This document shows, one piece after another, positions 29,943-38,900 of a stretch of 64,000 nt of DNA. The DNA is from a virus. Numbering within the stretch: the stretch's first letter is position 1; every line of letters starts with the position of its first letter. The DNA is taken from IMG/VR virus record IMGVR_UViG_3300025809_002164, positions 82,037 to 146,036 of that record, one strand, 5' to 3'. Below the pieces are notes generated by a model. That model searched no databases and was not told where the DNA came from. It was given only the letters and a program-made list of their open reading frames with translations. A program made the translations under genes and the position numbers.

Positions 29943-31544
29943 TTATTCCCAAATTCCAGTAAACCTAATTTCCATTTTTGGAACACTGGAGGTTCCGTAG
30001 TTTGTGCTGACGGGGTCACTACTATAAAGGCCTACTCTTAGGTGTATGCTTTGATTATGCGCATCTTTAGTTATGGTCTTAACTTGAGTAAATGTCCCGT
30101 TATTATTTTTCTGCATCAGTCCAAAATCATATAAAAGAAAATCTGACAGTGTACATCCCGCAGGGTTTGCGAAATAATCAGGAGCAGATGTAAATTTATC
30201 ATCCGCAGCATTATCCATATTCAAGTAAGGCCACGGATCATCTGAACCTTGGTACACCCATCCGTACCCATCATCATGAGCCCCGTTACAACCTGCAGTA
30301 GATTTAATATTCATTGGATCTGCCGGTAAGATTGTAAATTTAGTTTTACCTTCAGGCCAAGCGATATTTGATTTACTCGAATTAAAGGCTGAACCTTGTG
30401 TATCTAATCCCCCATCGATTAAGGCTACGACTCCTCCTCCGCCTGCTCCAGTTAATTGTATGTAAGAATATTCAGGGTCAGCCTGACTTGGTGGTGAAGA
30501 CGTCGCTGTAGGAGTTACCGTAGCAGTCGGAGTGATAGTACTGGTAGGAGTAATAGATGAAGTAGCAGTCGGAGTGATAGTACTGGTAGGACTCACTGAA
30601 GATGTTATTGTAGCAGTCGGAGTGATAGTGCTGGTAGGAGTAATAGATGAAGTAGTAGTCGGAGTAGTAGTGGTCGTTGGAGTCGGAGTTTCACTAGCTC
30701 CAGGACTAACGCTAGCAGTCGGAGTAATCGTGCTCGTTGGAGTAATAGAGTTAGTCGGAGTTATTGTCTGAGTTATGGTCGGAGTTATTGTGCTAGTAGG
30801 AGTAATGGATGAGGTAACAGTCGGAGTTATCGTACTGGTAGGAGTCACTGAAGATGTTACTGTGGCAGTCGGAGTTATTGTGCTAGTAGGAGTAATGGAT
30901 GAGGTAACAGTCGGAGTTATCGTACTGGTAGGAGTCACTGAAGATGTTACTGTAGCCGTCGGAGTAATCGTACTGGTCGCACTCGGAGTAATCGTGCTAG
31001 TCGGAGTAATACTTGGAGTAGTCGTAATAGTCGGAGTAATACTCGGAGTAATCGTAATAGTCGGAGTAATACTTGGAGTAGTCGTAATAGTCGGAGTAAT
31101 CGTACTAGTCGGAGTAATCGAGCTGGTAGCAGTCGGGGTGATAGTGCTAGTGGGGGTAATAGTATTAGTTGGCGTAACACTTGCAGACATTAGCATTGAA
31201 GATGTCGGAGTTGGAGTCGGAGTAGTCGTGCTAGTTGGAGTAACACTAGGGTCAGGAGGGCAATTAAATTTTATCCCCGACAGCATTGGACTGATTCCAA
31301 ATACTTCTCCCTGCTCATTATAAGCGGAAACTTTATAATTATAAAGCACTGTATCACAATATTCTACTTCGTCAACCCCAGTAATAAGTATAGGGTTTCC
31401 TACTCCGGAAGGAATTAAAGTCTTAATGTGATTAAAATCTCCATAAGTAGATCCAGCGACTTCCTGCCTGTACAGCTTATAACCGTCAGCCAAGTAAGGC
31501 TCCTCGTTTTTGTGCAAAAAACTATAATATACTTTATATGCCAT
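29943..31544 (-). CDS. mucin-like virion protein: FN3-like N-domain, PTS stalk, globular tip
   Basis: GYKLYR...YNYKVSAYNEQGE; about 250 aa PTS. Confidence 0.8.
   Translation of the reverse strand: MAYKVYYSFLHKNEEPYLADGYKLYRQEVAGSTYGDFNHIKTLIPSGVGNPILITGVDEVEYCDTVLYNYKVSAYNEQGEVFGISPMLSGIKFNCPPDPSVTPTSTTTPTPTPTSSMLMSASVTPTNTITPTSTITPTATSSITPTSTITPTITTTPSITPTITITPSITPTITTTPSITPTSTITPSATSTITPTATVTSSVTPTSTITPTVTSSITPTSTITPTATVTSSVTPTSTITPTVTSSITPTSTITPTITQTITPTNSITPTSTITPTASVSPGASETPTPTTTTTPTTTSSITPTSTITPTATITSSVSPTSTITPTATSSITPTSTITPTATVTPTATSSPPSQADPEYSYIQLTGAGGGGVVALIDGGLDTQGSAFNSSKSNIAWPEGKTKFTILPADPMNIKSTAGCNGAHDDGYGWVYQGSDDPWPYLNMDNAADDKFTSAPDYFANPAGCTLSDFLLYDFGLMQKNNNGTFTQVKTITKDAHNQSIHLRVGLYSSDPVSTNYGTSSVPKMEIRFTGIWE
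30500..31250 (-). repeat. PTS-coding repeat with an internal ~84-bp duplication
   Basis: [30 protein letters not shown] occurs twice (about 30780-30960). Confidence 0.9.
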
Positions 31545-31553
31545 CTTTAATGT

Positions 31554-31558
31554 TACAC
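31554..31558 (-). promoter_or_regulatory. GTGTA late-promoter motif
   Basis: GTGTA-N9-ATG(31544). Confidence 0.65.
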
Positions 31559-31605
31559 TATTTTTTAACCTAGATAAAATATAAACCTATTTTTTATTAT
31601 AGAAG

Positions 31606-32637
31606 CTATTCCTTCAACTGTAAACCATAAGGAGCCTTTGGAGCTCTGGACTCTAAAATTAACCCATACGGAGACTGAGGTTTGAATGTAGTCTTTAAAG
31701 TTAGCGAGTATGGAGCTAAAGGAATGTATGCTGTCCTTGGAGCTCTAGAAGCTACCGGCTCAACTAATGGCTGCCTGGGAAACCTATGACTCCTTACATC
31801 AAAATCAACAAACCCTATATACAATCCAGGGTGAGCTTTTTTAGCAATTCTGTCATTGAGTTTAGATACAGTTACATTATCTATATAAAAAGAGCTTTGA
31901 CTATTATTTATATTAAAATACCTATCACTCAAATCCTTATACTCGTAGGTACCAAATTTTAAGTCACCAAATTCATTCAATGGATGCTCATTAAAGCCCA
32001 CGTTAGCCACATTCGTAAGCTTAGTATCTTTCAGTATTGAGAAAACCCCATCCAGCTGATATGAATTTTCCGCAAAAACAACACATCTAATCTTACTTTC
32101 GGTTGTATCTTCTCCGCCAAAAGCAAAAGGGTTATTCACTCCAGCCTCATAAGAGCAAAATATAGCAGGAACAACTTGATCGTATGGCTTAATTCCCTTA
32201 AAAATTTCTTGATCAAATCGACTATTTTTATCAAATTTAGTTTCAATTAATAATTCTTCTTCAGTTTGGTCTGTGATATATATATTAAAATCCTTAACAG
32301 AATACAACCCATCAACTTTCGATGACTCGTTAGCCATTTGCCTAGGTATTAATACTCTTCCATTATTGAAGTCATACTTAACTCCCATTTTATTTCTATC
32401 GATAAAAAAATTATCCAAAGTTATTCCCTTTATTATTTCAGCTCCCTCTACAGAAGAATCTGTGACCCATTGCTTGTGAGGCGAGGCAAATGCATAAAAA
32501 TTATCATCCAACCTTCCGTCATTTTGGAAATAAAAACTAGACTCTATGTTCTGGTATGCTTCTCCCTTACATAGTATTGCATGATCTAACCATAATACGA
32601 AACTTGTTATTATTTGGTGCTGGAATTGAGGTTTCAT
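31606..32637 (-). CDS. putative neck/tail terminator protein with C-terminal PxxPYxL triple repeat
   Basis: Position upstream of tube gene; PAIF..PFAFGG..IRCVVFAE..QLDG pattern. Confidence 0.5.
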   Translation of the reverse strand: MKPQFQHQIITSFVLWLDHAILCKGEAYQNIESSFYFQNDGRLDDNFYAFASPHKQWVTDSSVEGAEIIKGITLDNFFIDRNKMGVKYDFNNGRVLIPRQMANESSKVDGLYSVKDFNIYITDQTEEELLIETKFDKNSRFDQEIFKGIKPYDQVVPAIFCSYEAGVNNPFAFGGEDTTESKIRCVVFAENSYQLDGVFSILKDTKLTNVANVGFNEHPLNEFGDLKFGTYEYKDLSDRYFNINNSQSSFYIDNVTVSKLNDRIAKKAHPGLYIGFVDFDVRSHRFPRQPLVEPVASRAPRTAYIPLAPYSLTLKTTFKPQSPYGLILESRAPKAPYGLQLKE

Positions 32638-33233
32638 TATATTTTCTTTAAATTTATTTTTTTGATATCTATTTCAAATTGATTTATTATACTAGATATA
32701 TATTTAGTATTGCTAAATTTAGCAGACCTAATATTCTTATTTGTCTGAATTCCTTCTCCAGATCTACTAACATCTGATTCTGTGTGTAAGAATTTACCCA
32801 ATCCAGGCAGTCCAGACTCAATGCCTTTAGCCCAGCTTCTCCCTTCAGCCCAAGGAAGTGGGGTAATTTTAAATATATCAGAAGCTGAGGGATACATTAT
32901 ATAAGTTTGAGAGTCTCCATTTCTTTTAACCATGGTCGAAGTAAGTCTTATAGCATTAAAAGCAGACCTTATTGCATCTATAGGTCGATCATTTCTCTCA
33001 AAACCTATAAAGGTAAACAAATTGCCAACACCACCCAAGGTTCCAGAAGAGTTTAGAGAGTCCACTCCACTTTCAATCTCTTTAGTTACTGGGTGATTAT
33101 TAAATTCTCTCAATAAATCTTCCTTAATTTTATTAAATTCCGAATTAACTATTCTTTTTACCTCATTTATATATTCAATAGACTTACTGAAATCCGCGCC
33201 CTTCAAGGCTTGCTTTGCTCCTCCCATTCTCAT
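32637..33233 (-). CDS. putative tail completion/neck protein
   Basis: Basic 198-aa protein; synteny only. Confidence 0.45.
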   Translation of the reverse strand: MRMGGAKQALKGADFSKSIEYINEVKRIVNSEFNKIKEDLLREFNNHPVTKEIESGVDSLNSSGTLGGVGNLFTFIGFERNDRPIDAIRSAFNAIRLTSTMVKRNGDSQTYIMYPSASDIFKITPLPWAEGRSWAKGIESGLPGLGKFLHTESDVSRSGEGIQTNKNIRSAKFSNTKYISSIINQFEIDIKKINLKKI

Positions 33234-33234
33234 A

Positions 33235-33693
33235 TCAGCCTTCGTCTACAGCTTTTAAGTAGAAAGTATAATACCTTGGAGAGAATAACCCATGAGGCAT
33301 TTCGTCACTAATTACAGAAAACTTCCTTCCATCAAATTCGCATCTTTTGGTTTCCTTTAAATAAGAATATCCGTCTGGCCCCACCTTGATTCGAACCTCT
33401 CCTACATGCTTCTCTACCTTAATTTGAGCTCCCGCTTCTCCATCAAAAGCCTCATCATTCTGCCTTCCCATATATAATATTCTAGCTTTAAATGTAGCTT
33501 CAACTATCTTTCTAGTTATTGATGTAACTGAACCTCTTACATTTTTATATAAATAATTATAATAAGGATCCGTACTTAAGATTACTCTCTGAGCATCTTT
33601 AATAAATTTTATATCCCTAGCAAAAGTATCGTGTATATCATCAAATACAGACTCCATTGATTCCTTGTCGTCATCATTAATTAGTGATCCCAT
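33235..33693 (-). CDS. putative head-closure/adaptor protein (start moved to ATG 33693)
   Basis: MGSLINDDDK...; beta-rich 152 aa; GTGTA 9 nt upstream; new start removes overlap with the divergent gene. Confidence 0.55.
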   Translation of the reverse strand: MGSLINDDDKESMESVFDDIHDTFARDIKFIKDAQRVILSTDPYYNYLYKNVRGSVTSITRKIVEATFKARILYMGRQNDEAFDGEAGAQIKVEKHVGEVRIKVGPDGYSYLKETKRCEFDGRKFSVISDEMPHGLFSPRYYTFYLKAVDEG

Positions 33694-33702
33694 TATATTT
33701 TT

Positions 33703-33727
33703 TACACCTAAACCAAGAATAAGTGTA
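33703..33727. promoter_or_regulatory. back-to-back GTGTA motifs for the two divergent structural operons
   Basis: TACAC 33703-33707 (minus, N9-ATG) and GTGTA 33723-33727 (plus, N21-ATG). Confidence 0.7.
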
Positions 33728-33748
33728 TCATTAATTGTAATAAGGTTT

Positions 33749-34030
33749 ATGGAAGCTAAAGATTTTTTATCGGATAGGGTTAACGGAAGTACTAAAAGTT
33801 TGTTTAAACACTTTTTAGTCATTATCGAGGATTTGCACGCAGAAAACGAAATCTGTTTCGCTAAATTAAGAAGAGCTATACCCGAACATAAAGACTTAAT
33901 AGTTCAAGCCAATTACCTGGACGAGGATAAGATGAAGTACCTAAGGAAGAAGATTTTAGACATAGGTAATGAATCTATCAGGGGAGCTAATTCAGATTTA
34001 GAAAAATTTACTATAAAATTTAATTTTTAA
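33749..34030 (+). CDS. hypothetical helical protein (start moved to ATG 33749)
   Basis: MEAKDFLSDRV...; TAAGG just upstream. Confidence 0.7.
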   Translation: MEAKDFLSDRVNGSTKSLFKHFLVIIEDLHAENEICFAKLRRAIPEHKDLIVQANYLDEDKMKYLRKKILDIGNESIRGANSDLEKFTIKFNF

Positions 34031-34067
34031 TATTATTATATTAATAATCTATTAAATAATTCACACT

Positions 34068-34913
34068 ATGTATACTAAGTCTAATAAAGAAATATATCGC
34101 TTTACTATTAATCTCGAGCAAGAAATTGAAAAAGAAGTTGATGTCGAAAAAGAAATAGAAGTCGAAAGAGAAGTTGAGGTTACTAAAACCAGAAAAGACG
34201 ATTCAGGCAAAACTGAAAAATATAAAGAAAGTGTGCTTAAAAAAGTAAAAGAGAAAGAAGTAGTTAAAGAGAAAAGAACCTCCAAGGAAAAAGTCCCACA
34301 TGTCTTCGTAATTAAACAACCGAATCGCCGGCAGATGGAAGAAGCCGACATGGAATTTAGTATTGAAATGAGCAGGTGTGTGAAAGAGGGGATACTAACT
34401 AAAGCTATGCTCTTAAATAAGTATACAGACACTGGAGGAATTATGAGCGAGTCTGAAGCTAAAGAATTATCTAAGCTTTATTCTAAACTATCAGAGAAAC
34501 AAACAGAATTTACTGCCTGGAAAATTTCTGATAAATCAAACTTTACTGAAAAACAAAAAGCTGTTATAGAGGAAATATCCTCACTCAGAAGAGTGATCGC
34601 TCAAACTGAAACTAATTATTCCGCACTACTCAATCACACAGCAGATCATAAAGCTCAAACTCGAGTGATAGGTTGGTATTTATTATCTCTCGCCCACATA
34701 GAAAAAGACGGAGAACTTGAGCAGTTCTTTAAAGGAACAGGTTATGAAGAGAAAAAAGAAAATTTGTATAAACTAGAGGAAGAAGAGGATGACCTACTAG
34801 CGGCCGTATACGACAAACTAATAGCATTTATTAGCTTTTGGTATTTCAGTGTCTCGACCAACTTTGACGACTTCGTTGATCTAGAAAAAGACATAGAGGC
34901 AGGCAACCTATAA
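34068..34913 (+). CDS. putative tail assembly chaperone
   Basis: Charged helical protein two genes upstream of the TMP. Confidence 0.5.
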   Translation: MYTKSNKEIYRFTINLEQEIEKEVDVEKEIEVEREVEVTKTRKDDSGKTEKYKESVLKKVKEKEVVKEKRTSKEKVPHVFVIKQPNRRQMEEADMEFSIEMSRCVKEGILTKAMLLNKYTDTGGIMSESEAKELSKLYSKLSEKQTEFTAWKISDKSNFTEKQKAVIEEISSLRRVIAQTETNYSALLNHTADHKAQTRVIGWYLLSLAHIEKDGELEQFFKGTGYEEKKENLYKLEEEEDDLLAAVYDKLIAFISFWYFSVSTNFDDFVDLEKDIEAGNL

Positions 34914-34914
34914 T

Positions 34915-35919
34915 GTGGAATCAACAGAGTACAGGAAGATATTTAGAGATATAATTAAAGGCCGAACCGATGTAGAAATAGGCGGCACTAAATATTACAT
35001 TAAACATCTTAGCTCTTTAGATCAAGTTGATATTGATGAAATTAGAGATTCCTATATAGAAATAGCCTTATCAAGAGGTATTCCCAGCATGAAGGAAGCC
35101 CTTCAATCCATAAAGGATCAAGGTTTATGGACAGACAAAGACGAAAGAGAAATTAAACGTCAAGAAAACTTCATATCACAATTACGAGATAACAAGACTG
35201 AACTAGTCTTAAAGTCTCAAATAGACTTACAGAATAAAGAGATAGAAGAAACTCGCGCAAAAATAAATGATCTTGAATCCAAGAAGCAAAGGTTACTTGG
35301 AGTTAATGCAGAGGATTATGCCAGTAAACGTGCTAGTGACTACTACATAATTAAGTCATTTTACTTAGACCTCGAGTTAACTAAACCATTATTTTTAGAG
35401 GAGGAAGACTTCAATGAATTATATGCGGAGGAAGTTTCTGAGTTTATCCTTGGATACAATAAAGCTTTTAATGATTTTGATGAACTTAAAATTCAAGAAA
35501 TGATACTTCAAGATTTTTATTATATATATTTTCCCTTTAGCGATGATACTGTTGGCTTTTTTGGTACTCCCGTAGTCGAATTAACTCATAATCAATTAAA
35601 GATGATAGTTTATACTAAAATATTTAAAAATATATTTGAAAATAATAAACATATTCCAGAAAAAATTAAAAAAGACCCTAAAGCATTACTTGACTATGGT
35701 AGCATATCAGATGATGCCAAATCAAACTTACAGGATAAGTTTGGAGAAGATAAAGATGGATCAACTTTATTTAATGCCACGGAAGAAGATTTTGAGTATG
35801 CCGGCCTAGAAAAACCTTCAGATAAAGCTGGAATTTCCCTTCATGACGCCGCCAAAAAGAAAGGCGGAAGTTTATCAATGGAAGATCTAATGGAATTAAG
35901 TGGTTTACCCAAAAAATAA
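34915..35919 (+). CDS. putative tail assembly chaperone 2 (GTG start)
   Basis: Acidic coiled-coil protein directly upstream of the TMP. Confidence 0.5.
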   Translation: MESTEYRKIFRDIIKGRTDVEIGGTKYYIKHLSSLDQVDIDEIRDSYIEIALSRGIPSMKEALQSIKDQGLWTDKDEREIKRQENFISQLRDNKTELVLKSQIDLQNKEIEETRAKINDLESKKQRLLGVNAEDYASKRASDYYIIKSFYLDLELTKPLFLEEEDFNELYAEEVSEFILGYNKAFNDFDELKIQEMILQDFYYIYFPFSDDTVGFFGTPVVELTHNQLKMIVYTKIFKNIFENNKHIPEKIKKDPKALLDYGSISDDAKSNLQDKFGEDKDGSTLFNATEEDFEYAGLEKPSDKAGISLHDAAKKKGGSLSMEDLMELSGLPKK

Positions 35920-35920
35920 A

Positions 35921-35925
35921 GTGTA
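35921..35925 (+). promoter_or_regulatory. GTGTA late-promoter motif
   Basis: 24 nt before the TMP ATG; leader ends AAGGAATAAGGT. Confidence 0.55.
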
Positions 35926-35949
35926 CTTACCTGCAACAAGGAATAAGGT

Positions 35950-38900
35950 ATGTCACTAGGATTAAGAACTCATGTAATAGATTTAGAACAAAACATTAAT
36001 CGTATTGTTCGAAAAGTAAATGCAGGTGGAGGTATAGTAGTTAAAGTGCGAGCGAGCGACTTTACTCAACCACTGGGCAGAATGTCGGCGAAAGCTAATG
36101 AATTCACAAAGTCTCTTGAAGCTTCCAATGCTCGAGTGATAGCCTTCGGAGCATCTGCGGCAATTATAGGGGGAGTAACCTTAGGATTCACCCAACTAGT
36201 TGTTCAGGCCACAAAAGTAGAAAAGATCTTAACCGACATTAATGTAGTTCTTAATACTTCCACACAGAATTTAGAAAAGTTCGGAAACAGCTTGTTTAAG
36301 GTTGCTCGAAATACATCCCAAACTCTAGAGGTCGCAGCAGAAGCAGCTCTGGAGTTTTCCAGACAAGGATTAAGTATGGAGGAGACTCTAAAGAGAACGA
36401 ATGATGCCCTAATCTTGACTAGGCTCACTAGTTTAAAAGCTGCCGATTCAGTAAAAGGTCTAACTGCTGCGGTTAACGGTTTCGCTGATGCAGGCATGAC
36501 TACAGCCATGGTTATCAATAAATTATCCGCAGTAGATATTAAATTTGCCGTAAGTACAGACGACTTAATTAACGCTCTATCTAGAGCTGGAGCTGTAGCT
36601 CAAGATGCGGGGGTTAGTTTTGATCAATTAATGGGAGCAGTAACTTCAGCTCAGCAGATTACAGCTCGAGGAGGAGCCGTAATAGGTAATAGTTTTAAGA
36701 CTATCTTTACAAGAGTACAAAGAGGATCAACATTACAATCCTTAGAGGATTTAGGTATTGCGGTCAGAGATATAAGAGGAAACACACTTCCTGCTATGAC
36801 GGTCCTTCAGAATTTATCATCAACTTACGAAAAGTTAGGAGCAACAACTAAAGCTGCGGTAGCCGAGCAAGTGGGTGGAGTTTTTCAAATCAACATACTT
36901 AAAGCGGCAATTAAAGACTTAAATGCCGAAACTTCAATATATAGTCAGGCGACCAAAGCATCATCGTCAGCGACAAATGAAGCTTATACAAAAAATGCAC
37001 AACTACAAAAAACTCTATCATCAATAGCCAATCAAACATTAACTACTGTTAGGGAATTAACAGCCAACCTAGGAAGCTTGACTATAGCTCCAGCCTTACA
37101 AGATTTCCTAAGCTCAGCTAACGAAGTTTTGGGGTCATTCAATAAGCTCTTTGGGGACACAGAGGGCGAATCTATTGGGGGTGACTTCGCTAAAGGTTTT
37201 GCAAGAGGTCTGGGCTCAGTACTCATGGGCCCCGGAATGATGGTTGCAGTTTTAGTGTTTGCAAAATTATTTAGTCAAGCTTTCAAATTTGCCAAAAGCT
37301 CAGTTAAAGATTTATTGCAGATTCAAAGCATTAAAGAAAAAGAAAAAGCAATACAAGAGTCTATCGTTGATGCTATGATCAAGAATGTAGCCTTAAGTAA
37401 AGAGCTAGTAAAAATAGACGGAGACCAAGTTAAGCAAGAGCAAATAGTATTAGCTTTACTAAAAGAACAGACCGCACACATAGAACAGCAAAGAAGGATT
37501 GCTTCAGATATATCTCCGGCACTTAGAAGAGCTGGAGTTCAACCTAACTTGATAGTCTCAAAAGGTTCAAAACATGGATCTGACGGCCTTATTCCAAATT
37601 ACTCAAACACAACACCCCTTGAGAGAGAAAGAGAAAGAAGCGGAGCACAGAAGGGTGGGTACACAGCTGGAGCCATAGCTAAAATGCATGTGCCCAAATT
37701 AGGTGAAGTTGTCTACAACAAAAGAGAATCAGTTAGGAAATTCCCAGGAATGCAGCAACCCGCAATTATTCCACCAATCAGCAGTAAGGCTGGTAAAAAA
37801 TACCAAGACAATTTTTCCGAGAGGCATGGCTTTGATCCATACGGCAGTTCTAATAACTCAACCTATAATGGCGGCTTAATTCCTAATTTCGCATCCAATA
37901 CAACTGAGAAGTCTGCAATTCGAGCAATCCTAGATACACTAAAGAAAAGAAAGGTAAAAGTCTTACCCAACGACCCGAAGCTCTCTTTCGCTGCAAATAG
38001 ATACATGGAGGCGACCAAAGACAGGGAGTATCCTGGAGGTTCTGTTAATTTTGGCAAACATAAAATAAGCATGAATGAAATCACCCTAGCCTTAAAGAAG
38101 CATGGTAATTATATGGGTGACGAAGATTTCTATGGAAATAAAGCTGGAGGCCTTATTCCTAACTTCGCACTTGGAGCCTCGCAACTCGCAGGTACAAATA
38201 TTCTGAAATTGCCAAAAGCGAAAATGGCAACGCAAACAACTAAATCAGACTTTAGAGGAAATAGAGTTAAGGGTTGGAAAAATTTAGAAGCTCCACTTGA
38301 CAGCATACAAAAAAGTGCCGCTAGTTATGCAGACGAGTTTAATGTTTTAAAAGGTCTAGGTATTAATGTGCTACAAAGAAAAATGTTCTTCACAAACAAA
38401 GAAGACGGAGGGATACGAAAATCTATAAATACTACTGATAGAAAAATGGCTAAATCCCGAGGATTTCAGAAAAACAATAGAGACAACATAGCCGGATCTT
38501 CATACGAATCAGGACTTTACAAAAATCATTTAAAAGATAAAGGCTATAATGAAACTTGGACTGGAGGCTACACCCCTAAAGGTTTCCAGAAAGGCACAGG
38601 GGACCCTCAATCTACGGTTGATTTTTTTAAGGCTGGAAGGCTTCCAATAGAAGCTAAGTATGGGAAATTTACTCAAGCGAACTTAATAGCAAAAAGCATA
38701 AGGCTGTCTAGCGATAGATACATAGAAGACTTTTTATCAAGCAGGGGCGAGGGCGATATTGCTAACAATATGGCTAATAAAAAATTTCAAGATGCATCAA
38801 GCACTCTTTCTAGCCTAGGTCATAAAAACGTAGATAAATCTATGGTGAAAAAATTCGGACTATCTTCAGGATTAGTACCTAATTTTATGTCTATTGGTTT

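Noticed and set aside
13393-31323. Plus-strand ORFs (VGVIVL)n and (SRSNRT)n over the arrays
   Set aside because: Antisense shadows of a stop-free repeat; they begin and end with the arrays and lack start signals.
33665-33822. Overlapping divergent ORFs as given in the track
   Set aside because: ATGs at 33693 and 33749 remove the overlap and leave a gap with two promoter motifs.
34860-34920. Lambda G/GT-style -1 frameshift between the chaperones
   Set aside because: The second ORF is in the +1 frame, has its own GTG start, and no XXXYYYZ site was seen.
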